Part shown: one piece after another, positions 1 to 11,713 of the stretch
Numbering within the stretch: the stretch's first letter is position 1
Layout of the letters: each line of letters opens with the position of its first letter
Source of the DNA: Octopus bimaculoides
Taxonomy: Eukaryota
Reading direction: 5' to 3'
DNA: 64,000 bases
Assembly (NCBI RefSeq): GCF_001194135.2
Contig: NC_069001.1
Coordinates: 26,583,216-26,647,215 of the forward strand
Translations under genes and position numbers: made by a program
The notes under the pieces: generated by a model
Databases searched by the model: none
What the model was told of the DNA's origin: nothing
Seen by the model: only the letters and a program-made list of their open reading frames with translations

Positions 1-599
1 TTATTTGAATATGTGATAATGCAAGCAATAAAACATTGTCTTGTATCTAATAGTCTCCATTTGCTTAAATTTTCTCTTTTGTAATATAGTATTACGCTAT
101 GATCAGTATAAAAGGCGTGTTTTGTATTTAATATACGTCAACTCAAGTATCGTGACGACTAGTTGGATACAAGTGTCTGTTTTCCACCTCATGCATACGC
201 CAAGGCTATTGTACGTTGTTATGCTTGTTGTTTAGCCACAGGTTATCCCTGATGAAGTAGATATATGGACAAAGTTATAACCATTTCAGTTATGTTCATC
301 TCATTTCTTTATCAGTCACAAGATGCCCAGGGTACTCTAATCCAATGAGCTTTGTTTTTTTAATGTGGTTGAGAATTGACGGAGACATTACAAATGGTTA
401 AACGCTTTACAATATTATTACAGATATGCTGCTCTTTGAGTTCGAATCTTGCTGTTGTCAACTTGTTTTCTATCAATTCATGTCAATAAAAAAAATTACC
501 ATCCTAGTATATGAACCTACTCTATTCCTGCATTTCTCTTTTTCTTTTTCCCTTCAAGAATCTTCCTATGCGTTTTCAGTATACTTACTTATCTTGAAG

Positions 600-990
600 A
601 GTATATCATACTTCGGCTTTCCTTTCTCTATCTTGCCCTCATTTCGTACCTTTCTCACCACAACAGAACAGGTACAACTCATCTATGAACATTGCTTTTA
701 CACGATTCCTTTGACGCAGTCTGTCACCATTTCACATCATGTTTCATTAAATTAAACGTTGGATAAGCATCTTATTTCCAATATATTTGGCATGGGAATG
801 TTTAAAATGATGACTCCAATATTTGATCAGGATTCTCTTCGAAAATCAGTTTCAATTAAATGCTCCCATAATATCAATTACATCCTTGAACTTAATCTGA
901 TTGAACGTTTACAAAATATCGAGTTTATATCTTCATCCTCATCCAGGAGCCAGGTTGATAATGATTTTGTATTTTCAATCCCCTTCATTA
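600..990 (-). mobile_element. Highly decayed non-LTR retrotransposon (APE endonuclease-like) relic
   Basis: Hand translation of the minus strand gives FKDVIDIMGAFN (GDFN-like motif) followed in the same frame, across stops, by NGDRLRQ...KAMFIDELYLFCCGEKGT, resembling the NG.RL..F segment of LINE endonucleases. Several stops; family not assignable. Confidence 0.35.
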
Positions 991-3333
991 ATGGCGGCTG
1001 CACTTAGTTTTGTTAGATTATGTTCCGTGGTAGATATTTATGTGAGCGTGTGTGAGATAGAGATAGAGATACGTGAACACCCCTGAGTGTACAGATAGTA
1101 ATTACATGTATTATGTACATAATATATAATCTTGCTTTACTCCCATGTGTGCATCTAACATGATATAATTCTATTACGGAATTAATGTTCTGTGCGTTTT
1201 ATAATCCTTTGATAACTCATTTTATCACAGAATTAACGTTTGCTGATAGTTTTACTAATTTCTTCTGTTAATGGTATTAGTTTGGGGCTAATTGCAAAGA
1301 GCAGACATTAAAAAATTTCATAATAATAATAATAATAATGATACAGATTGCTGTCATACACACATTTACATATATTTAAGGCTAGGTTAGCGTGTATTAT
1401 ATCGAAGCGATATACTTGACTGATAAATATTCTGTTGATCCCCGTAAAGATGTACTTCAAATTGACCTCAGATTCGAAATCACACCCATGTTCTGTGTAT
1501 CAACAGCTGAAACTAAATTATGCTGCACTGGTTTTCAGACAAAGCACAGAAGAATCATGGTTCATGCCAAGGACGATTGCCGATAGTTTGTTTAGCTTGA
1601 CTTGCTTAACTACTACCATGGGTTATGATATAAAATAGCGTAATCTCATAAATCTTATATCTTCTGCAAATATATTAAGAATTATTGATTTATCCTCTGC
1701 TTAATGTTATCAGATGGTTATATAAGAATACATTGAACCCATGCTTATAAAGTCGTGTTACATGGAATACAAAATAAATAAGTGCCAAAGCCTGTCAATG
1801 CTCTGCGATTTGGTTCCTGGCAATTCTGGTGAAGATATCCTAAACAGATAATGTGAAGAAATGTTTGAAGTACTTAGTTTAGTGATTCTCACCCAAATTT
1901 TTACCTGTGGTACACTGATTTCTAATTTCTACTGTATTCAGTTGGACCATCATAGCCATTCGATATTTTTATTCCATTTTATTTCTATAATCAAAAGTAT
2001 AATGAATTAAAGCTGTTAATTTATTGTGGTACTGTAGATGGATAATCAATTGTATACAATATTTAATTACAAAATCTTATATGGACTTCCAAGACTCAGA
2101 TAGACCTTGCTTGAAAACCATCGAGTTTGATGAGTTGAAAAGTCATGGAAAACTTCTTAACAACTAGAGGAAATGTCACATATTTAGAGACGTCTAGAAA
2201 ACAAAAAAAAGCAGAAGGCAGGCAACAATGGGAGAGAGAGAGAGGAGAGATGTATGGGGGCCAGAATCTTAGTGACTGTAAGAACATATGCGATGGAATC
2301 ACAATCTAATAAGACACACAGCGATCCAATCAGTGGGCAAAATGTTTTAGCTAGAGTAGAAATCATTCATCACCGATACCTATAGGCTTGGCAATATAGA
2401 TATGAAAATGGTTGTTAACTGTAAAGGTTCGTTTCCCAATTTGTTACAATCTACAGCTTCTTCTGTATTTCACACGACAATTAATCGGAAATTATCATCT
2501 ATCATTGCCAAGACAATTTGTATCGGAATAAACAAAGCGATTGGAAGGCGTGAGGAGAAATATGTTATTCAGAAAATAGTACTCGTGTTCCAATCAGTTC
2601 TAGATTTGAAGATTTTTCTTTATTTCATACATATCTTTCTAATTATAGTTTTCCACGGGGAATGTTTTAAAATGCATGCTAACACATATGAAAAAAAAAA
2701 TTATTATTATTTTGATTGATTTCACTGTTAAAATTAGCAAAAAGAAAAAGCAGGAGAAAGCTTTTGGCAAATTCAAATATTGTATATTAAACAGAAAAAC
2801 AAAATTATAGGAAAAATTATATCTTAATAATCATTCGAGAAACATNNNNNNNNNNNNNNNNNNNNNNNNNNNNNNNNNNNNNNNNNNNNNNNNNNNNNNN
2901 NNNNNNNNNNNNNNNNNNNNNNNNNNNNNNNNNNNNNNNNNNNNNNNNNNNNNNNNNNNNNNNNNNNNNNNNNNNNNNNNNNNNNNNNNNNNNNNNNNNN
3001 NNNNNNNNNNNNNNNNNNNNNNNNNNNNNNNNNNNNNNNNNNNNNNNNNNNNNNNNNNNNNNNNNNNNNNNNNNNNNNNNNNNNNNNNNNNNNNNNNNNN
3101 NNNNNNNNNNNNNNNNNNNNNNNNNNNNNNNNNNNNNNNNNNNNNNNNNNNNNNNNNNNNNNNNNNNNNNNNNNNNNNNNNNNNNNNNNNNNNNNNNNNN
3201 NNNNNNNNNNNNNNNNNNNNNNNNNNNNNNNNNNNNNNNNNNNNNNNNNNNNNNNNNNNNNNNNNNNNNNNNNNNNNNNNNNNNNNNNNNNNNNNNNNNN
3301 NNNNNNNNNNNNNNNNNNNNNNNNNNNNNNNNN

Positions 3334-3365
<32 letters not shown>

Positions 3366-3367
<2 letters not shown>

Positions 3368-3572
3368 TGTGTGTGTTAGTGTTTATCCCTCCAGCATCAC
3401 TTGACAACCGATGCTGGTGTGTTTACATACCCGTAACTTAGCGGTTAGGCAAAAGCGACCGATAGAATAAGTACTAGGCTTACAAAGAAAAGGTCTAATG
3501 GTCGATTTGCTCGGATAAAGGTGGTGTGATAGCATGGCCGCAGTCAAATGACTGAAAGAAATAAAAGTAGAA
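3366..3572 (+). mobile_element. SINE family A, 3' half
   Basis: cttgacaaccgatgctggtgtgtttac...cgtaacttagcggtt.ggcaaaag.gaccgatagaataagtactaggcttacaaag...agcatggccgcagtcaaatgactgaaa; the same block recurs at 23790, 28760 and 60940. Confidence 0.9.
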
Positions 3573-3663
3573 AAAAAGAAATTCAACGATCCCAGTCCAA
3601 TACTTCAAGAACGATCTCATTATGTGAATCTCATAATTGCTTAAAATTTAATCCTTTCTACTA

Positions 3664-3790
3664 TAAGCAACTGGTATTTAATTTGTCGATCCCGAAAGAA
3701 CGAAAGGCAAAGTTGGCCTTGGCGGAATTTGAAATACGGCTAACCATTTCGCCCGGCGTACTAAAGCTTCTGCCAGCTCACCGCCTTATA
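3664..3790 (-). mobile_element. SINE family B, head and core
   Basis: Reverse complement reads ggcggtgagctggcagaagc.ttagtacgccgggcgaaatggttagccgtatttcaaattccgccaaggccaactttgcctttcgttctttcgggatcgacaaattaaataccag, matching the copy at 28456. Confidence 0.85.
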
Positions 3791-3822
3791 ATTGCTAGAA
3801 ATTAAATATTAGTGGGCTACAC

Positions 3823-3857
<35 letters not shown>

Positions 3858-5689
3858 CCACACACACTCAAATACATAGATTTTCTGAATATGTAACTCT
3901 ATAATCATATAGATTTCGATTATTTCAATTTGCAGTAACTACGAGGGCTAGTATTATTGCACTTTGTTTAAAATACATGAAACAACAATTATGTATGAGA
4001 TTTTATCAATAAACGACGCCTTTATTTAAAAATGCACAATAATATTTCTGGCACTTACTCCATTGATTGAGGAATTATATAATGATACAGTGATGAAATA
4101 TTTCCCGGTAATTCTAAGACGAGGTAAACACTTTCTGTCATTTAGTTCATCTTACTGCCGTTTCTGGCAAATTGCCTCTGTTGACTTAGAGATTATTGAT
4201 CTGATACTTCGGAGAAAGAACACAGTTTTATTGTTTGGAAAAGTATACTGGATATTATTGAACCCAGCAAATGTCTTATACTTACTGACTCTACAGGGAT
4301 AAAACGTAAAATTGATCTGAACCGTTTAAGTCGTTTGGAATTAGAGGGATGAGTTTGAATATTGTAATTCCATTCAGTGTCTTACAATTTCTTCTACTTT
4401 CTCTGTTTCTTGGTTTTCTTAGATAATAACAGTTAATTAATTTGGCACATGGCCACACATGTGATGGTGGCAGTTATATAATCGCTTAAATAGTCTGCAA
4501 TACATGGCATCATTTCATCGGCTAATAAGTAAGAGAACTAATTGCTAAAAACAAATTTGACCCGGTGCTATGTCATTCCTAGACAAGGGATCGATAAATC
4601 CTAGATTAGGGATCTAGTTTGCTGTAACGTCTTACTCAAACTTGAACTCGAATGTTTTTCTTCATGTAACATACTTTTGATTCGTAAGCTATTATTCATT
4701 TATTAGGAAACTTTCAGGAATATTTCTCAAAGTGAAGTATATTTTTCTACCAGCAAGTCCTCACATTTTTACTACACCGTGTGGCATGGTGTATAATGTT
4801 GCTGTCTATCTAAGGAAGTGTAGTGCTTCTTTCTATAACAAAATTACAAGTTATTTTATGTCTTCTCATTGAGGTAATCATAATCTTCAACTTAATGAGA
4901 TGAGCTTGTGTGCAAGGTTTCACCAATCTCTCATATCGAAGGGAATCAAATACTGAATGCAAATTTTTATCATAATGAAATAATGTTAGCAATGTCTATA
5001 AATTTATGCATTACATTAGAAATATAAACATATTTAAAATGTGTAATTTTCATATCCACACCAGGATTGGTTAGTGTTTGAAGGACGTAATTAAAGAGTA
5101 AATATATATATTGAAGATGTCAGGGATTAAAATGGTTTGGGAATCCTATTTCAGATGTTTACACAACATCAGTAAATTGAGAAATATATTTTGGTTTGCG
5201 TATCAGGTTCTTTGCATATTATTTTAAGTAGGATATTTTTATCCTCCAAAATAATCCACAGTATGTTATCAACCACGTAGTACTATGCTGAGCTAATGGT
5301 ATATCATAACAACAAAACAGTCAAGGAAGTATCTGCTTACACATGTTCATCGCCTTTAACTTAATAGTAATGAAATCTAGCAATAGTAAGGATGGTTAGC
5401 TTTTAGTATTTATGGCTACACATAAATATGTATTACAGTTTATAAATGTCATACTCCAACAGGATTTTGTTGCTGAGACATGGATTAAAATATTCGTCTC
5501 TTAAGTAGCTCATAATGTTATCCATGCGACTTGGTAATATGGTAGCAAATTTTTCTGAGATATAAGCGAAGTTATAATAGAATTCAGCCCTACATCATGT
5601 CACCTGTAATGAGGATACCACTATACCATCTTGAACTAAAAGAAAGCGAACATGTATAGCTGAAAGAAGGGGAAATGGATGAAGTAAAG

Positions 5690-5850
5690 TCGTGGCTGTG
5701 TGGTAAGAAACTTTCTTCCCAAACACATGGTTCTGACTTCAACCCCACTGTGTAGCACCTTGGGCAAGTGTCTACAATTATAACCACTAGCCAACCAATG
5801 ACTTGGGAGTGCATCTGATAAACAGAAACTAAGGAAGTCCTCTGTATGTG
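5690..5850 (+). mobile_element. SINE family A, 5' half (tRNA-like head)
   Basis: gtggctgtgtggtaagaaac...cacatggttctgacttcaaccccactgtgtagcaccttgggcaagtgtc, running into (TG)/(TA)n and an N-gap. Confidence 0.8.
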
Positions 5851-5858
5851 TGTGTGTG

Positions 5859-5895
<37 letters not shown>

Positions 5896-6080
5896 NNNNN
5901 NNNNNNNNNNNNNNNNNNNNNNNNNNNNNNNNNNNNNNNNNNNNNNNNNNNNNNNNNNNNNNNNNNNNNNNNNNNNNNNNNNNNNNNNNNNNNNNNNNNN
6001 NNNNNNNNNNNNNNNNNNNNNNNNNNNNNNNNNNNNNNNNNNNNNNNNNNNNNNNNNNNNNNNNNNNNNNNNNNNNNNNN

Positions 6081-6117
<37 letters not shown>

Positions 6118-7499
6118 GCGTGTATATCAGTACGTTGCCTACAAATATATGTACTGGAGCAGGTAAACTGCATTAATCAGTATAAGTTTATATGGATCAC
6201 AAACTGTCGGAGAGGGACTAAAAGCAAACTAGCGTACCCTGCAGAGAAAGCTACAACACACAGAGCGTTTCATTTTGTATATAGGTTGTCAAACTCCAAT
6301 CCTGTACGGGCTTGTTATTAGATCAACTTGACCTGGATTTGATCTCAAAATGTAAACGTTCGAAACGAAACAACGCAAGAGAGTTTATTTCTAACAATCC
6401 ATCTTGATGAGTTGAACAAATATCTGTATGACATATGAAATGCCAACGTCATATCAAACGTATTTTAAATCTTACCTAGACTAATAGGTAGATATAAATA
6501 TAAACGCCTATTTTTTATTCTTTGTTTTCATCCTAATATACTTATATAAAATACATGGCGTGTAACACGGCATTAGGAATATACTTATATTTAGCTAATA
6601 ACTATATCCATACTCTCCTATGTGTGCTACCGACAATGTATATTGGTTCATGTTGAAGTTTCATCCTCAGCTTATCCCTTTCTTTCTATCATTCTTCTAT
6701 CGTGATTTAGTCAAATGTATGGATTCATACATACCGGCGAAGGGAACAGTGAGTAAATGAATGTATGTGTGTGCGTGTGTGCGCGTATTTGCTTGCATGC
6801 GTTCGTACGTGTGTGTTTACGTGTGCGTTTGAAGTTAGAATGATCCAAGATGAAAGTTAACATAGATCAAGCTTTAATTTACTAAAATTTCTTCTGACGT
6901 CTATTGGGAGACTGTAGAGCTAGTAGTGAATAAGCGTAGTTATAGTAGCACAGTAGGTATTAATAACAGAATTAGGTGGTGACTCAACCATATCTATTAT
7001 TATTGCAATACATATATTACGCTAAAGCCAATTCATTTTCACTTCAAATTATCAAACGACATACGTTAAAATAATGATCCGGACACAATATCATTGTAAT
7101 TTTATAATATAGGACATTTGACTTATAGAAAAACGCAAACCTCTTTAAACGTTTAGAGATAATATCACCTTTTTCTGAAGGTAGGATGACGTTGAACGGT
7201 TAGTTTTGAACCTCTGTCAAGGGGATTGCCCAATATGATGAGTTACATCCATGTAAAATGAAATTAGAAAATAAGGAAGCATAAGCACAAATATGCAAAA
7301 ACAAAGAGATGTGATATAGGAATATTCATCGATAAGAACGAACGGCTATTTTATGGTAATAGTCTCAAATAGTCGGAAAAATATGGCACTGCGATGCCTC
7401 GCTGGACAATGTGCCCAAATGATGTCTTTATTGTGTTTAAGCATTAGTCTTGTGCATCAGCTCACTCACTACATATAATAGACGATGCGTGATAGTTGC

Positions 7500-7642
7500 A
7501 CGGTGTACCACACGTCAGGTGTCGAGGTAATTGTAGACCAACGTCAGATGAAATGTTTTGTTCGAAAGCACTCGGTCCAGGAATCGAAACCACGATCTCG
7601 TGATTGTGAGTGCAACACCCTAATCACTGGGTCATGCACCCA
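7500..7642 (-). mobile_element. SINE family C-like fragment (tRNA-derived head)
   Basis: Reverse complement gggtgcatgacccagtgattagggtgttgcactcacaatcacgagatcgtggtttcgattcctggacc has A-box/B-box-like motifs and resembles the head at 14492. Confidence 0.65.
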
Positions 7643-9094
7643 CACACAAACAGAAATATATTACAGTAGCGTGATGGTTAAGATCTTTTATATTGTTTGG
7701 ACAAATGAAACCTTGACAAGCTAAATGTTTTCTTGCTCCTTCGATTACAATATAATATGTAACTGAAAAAAATGTACAGAGGTTCAGATTCTAGCCTGGC
7801 AGAGAGTATTCTGCATTTTTAAGACGTTATATGTGAAGTAACACCACAAGAATAAAGTGATAATACATCCTTGCCACACTGAGGCTGAAGGACTATCTGT
7901 GGTTTCGAAACAGAATGGCATGTTTTGTAATCGTCTACATTAAAATCATTTTGAAAATTACTTTTGTGTTTTACATCAGACGGATAATTTACTATATATA
8001 ACTAACTACATTTAATTGTTTGCATAAAAGGACACATTTTTTTTGGCGGGTGGGGGTATACTGTTGCGCATTGGTTGCTCCCTTGCTCCTGTTTTGTTTA
8101 TTGGTGGACAATACTACGCATTAACTAATTTATTTAGAGTAACCCGGATGCTAGGAGGTTGTTGGCGAGTCGTCCGTTTTAAGTATTATATATTCTTGAC
8201 AGACAAAGCAAATGCTGCTCTTAAATCATTGATTGTCAAGGCAGTCTTTTCTCAATGCAGAGATAAATATGCTTAATTAAGACACGTGGACATATTTTCA
8301 GTTAATCCTGAGGAGTTTGGAGATACAACGCTACGGCTAACTCAGAAAGTAGGTAGATTTCTTTGAAAATTTCCACTGGTAGTTATACAGTGTTCTATTC
8401 AATACATGAACACAATTTTCTTTTATAAAACTTAATATTTTTATAACGTCAATGATTTAAATTCTACCTCCCCACTAGCTTCCAAATAGAAGACTTTCTG
8501 CAATTAGTTGAAAAAAACGTATCAAGTACCAAAACTAAACTGTTTCAAATAAAACAATGGAACGTAGATTTAAATTCCAAGATTTAAATATTCCATAACT
8601 GAAACGGTAACATAATGCTGCTGAGCGTTAGATATATGAAGGGTCCAAACTAATTAGTCTACTGAGTCGTCACGGTTGTGTAGCGAGGAATTATCGAAGT
8701 AAAACTTCTTTCATGAGTTCCGAATAGTCTCATTAATAACATCTATTTCGTAGTATTGCTAGTACCACGTATTTGAGTCGGCTAGGCTGTGTTACCTAGA
8801 TTGGCAAAGCTGTCTGCGAGCATCATGTTTATTAGTATTAGTGAAGTAGCACGTTTGACCACAATGCAGATAAGCGCCACATTTAAGCAATCATTTAAAT
8901 GGCCAAATTTCTTTAAGAGAACAAAAATTAATTTTATAACTATACCATATTCTACTTGACAAATCAAATAATAGAACTCAAAATGTTCGATGCTCTAGTT
9001 TAGGGCTTCTATACACATAACAACATATATACATACACACACACACATATATAATAGGTATATTTCATACATACGTATTTAAGCGTGTATATAC

Positions 9095-9126
<32 letters not shown>

Positions 9127-9156
9127 GTACCTATAGACTACACATATGAATATATT

Positions 9157-9187
<31 letters not shown>

Positions 9188-10003
9188 GTATATATATATT
9201 TATGTGTGTGTGTATGTAAATATATATATATGTGTATATTGTGCGTGTATGTGCGTATAAGCACACATGCAACATGTATACACTAGCAGGCGCATAACCA
9301 TCTGTGTGCACTGATACATGTATGCAAGGGACACGGGCATATTCTTAGATATACATACACAGGCAAATGTTTTGGGGCTTTGTTTATTTATTTCTTCTTT
9401 CGGAGGAGGGGGGGCTCGTAAATCATGAAACTTCGATTTATATTTATGTTTTGTATTTCTCAGCGAATTCTAAATTTTAATATTTGCCTTATCCCGTTTT
9501 GCCTATCTTACTTCGAACTCCAGACTTCAAATCCATTCGAATCCATCTCGATCTTCTTGCTATTTATTATTCGTGTTACCCAACGCTTTATTCATATATC
9601 ATCCACACTTTTATTCACACGCCTCCTAAGATACACCCTTAATTTTTTTCCCCTTCTTACCTTCTCAAGTGCTGCTGTAAGTTAATAAATATTTCCATAT
9701 TTTTTTTTGACTGATGTTCACATGAATTTCATTATTTTCTTTACATCTGAATATCACACAAGTGTATGATACATACTCACGTACATATACTCTCATTTGT
9801 ATATATAAATACATGTAGACATGAGCATGTCTGTTCGTAATTTCATGTTAAGTCAAATGGCTTCCCGCTTTTCCCTGTTCAACCGATTTTTAACTCCTCA
9901 TTATATCTGCTATTGAAATTACATACGCTGGTATCGCTCTCTTTCTTTTACTCGCTTCCTCTGCACTGATAATTCTTTATTCTCTTCACACATATATATA
10001 CAT

Positions 10004-10048
<45 letters not shown>

Positions 10049-10817
10049 CATACATACATATGCATGCATTGTTCAATATCTTCCTTGCTTCCCCCTAATG
10101 TTTTCTTATTCTAGTGTTGCTACATCTGTTATATTTTCAAATTGGCTTTTACTGAGGTGGACCACACCAGACGCCGTGTCTCAGCTATCATTTTCAGCTT
10201 ATACCAAGTTTTCTTGGCAGACATCTGCTGTAAATCCTAACTTTGTCAGTTTGAAGAGAACATAATACTTGTTTCATTTGTGCTCATCATCTCGTTTTAC
10301 GTTTTGCTAAGCCTAAATCTAGACTATACTTCAAACAGTTAAACCCTTTTCTTATCGGTGTAGTTAGTAATAGCTACACATTATTCTGCATTATTTATTA
10401 TTATCATCTTCCTCATCATTATTTTTATTATTATTATTATTATCTTTTGCAAGGAAGCTCTTTCCCCCTGAGTAATGGAGAAATTTTAAACAAAGTGCTT
10501 ATCATACAACATAAGTTATTGTAATGCATTAAGTAAAGAAAAAAGGCTAAACGTAATACTATGTAATTGATAAGAATTAAAAAAAACAAAGAAGCACAAA
10601 AGAAAAAAAACGCTTCCGATACTCAGTTATTTTGCTCATATATATATTTAATGACAAATAATAGCTAAATTACTAAGATTTTAGATTCTCGAGTGAAACA
10701 TGCTAATCCCTTTAATTAAATGTTAATGAGCCATGATGAAAAAAAAGCAATTATTCTCGTTTCCCTTTCTATATGTGTCTATCGCTCTCTTACTTTCTCT
10801 TTCTCTCTCTCTCTCTC

Positions 10818-10882
<65 letters not shown>

Positions 10883-10929
10883 GTCTATGGAACTATATGC
10901 GTGTGTATATATATATATATATGTATGTA

Positions 10930-10980
<51 letters not shown>

Positions 10981-11146
10981 AAATAGTTAGGGATTGCACC
11001 AAACGTTTACCGGTTTGCTTCAAATGTAGTTGAAACATGGTAGCTCTATCGAAAGCTGTATATATAAAAGGAATTAAAGTTATAACTAGGCCATTTCATA
11101 GTAATCCTTATTATGAATAGTGTTGATATATGAGTATATATGTACA

Positions 11147-11662
11147 CGCAGGAGTGGCTTTGTGGGGAGTAGCTTGCCTTACCAACCACATGGTTCCAGG
11201 TTCAGTCCCACTGCGTGGCACCTTGAGTAAGTGTCTTCTAATTTAGCTCCGGGCCGACCAAAGCCTTGTGAGTGGATTTGGTAGACGGAAACTGAAGGAA
11301 GACTGTCGTGTATATATATATATATNNNNNNNNNNNNNNNNNNNNNNNNNNNNNNNNNNNNNNNNNNNNNNNNNNNNNNNNNNNNNNNNNNNNNNNNNNN
11401 NNNNNNNNNNNNNNNNNNNNNNNNNNNNNNNNNNNNNNNNNNNNNNNNNNNNNNNNNNNNNNNNNNNNNNNNNNNNNNNNNNNNNNNNNNNNNNNNNNNN
11501 NNNNNNNNNNNNNNNNNNNNNNNNNNNNNNNNNNNNNNNNNNNNNNNNNNNNNNNNNNNNNNNNNNNNNNNNNNNNNNNNNNNNNNNNNNNNNNNNNNNN
11601 NNNNNNNNNNNNNNNNNNNNNNNNNNNNNNNNNNNNNNNNNNNNNAAGTAAAAGAGTAAAAA
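11147..11662 (+). mobile_element. SINE family A spanning an assembly gap
   Basis: Well-preserved head cgcaggagtggc...ccacatggttccaggttcagtcccactgcgtggcacc...ggtagacggaaactgaaggaag, then (TA)n and the gap. After the gap comes aagtaaaagag, the family's 3' terminus. Confidence 0.85.
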
Positions 11663-11668
11663 AAAAGA

Positions 11669-11713
<45 letters not shown>

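Noticed and set aside
241-295. ggttatcc-CTGATGA-agt...ggac-aaa-gtt-ataacc as a hammerhead
   Set aside because: Stem I is offset, stem II has only 2 bp and GAAA is broken; too degenerate to support.
1435-1638. ORF ending DSLFSLTCLTTTMGYDIK, reminiscent of a K+ channel pore (TTVGYGD)
   Set aside because: The GYG signature is incomplete, there are no flanking transmembrane helices or splice support, and a chance match is likely.
2402-2719. 105-aa ORF sharing LLQSTAS (14 identical nt) with the minus-strand frame near 12590
   Set aside because: Similarity does not extend beyond the short match and no family is recognised.
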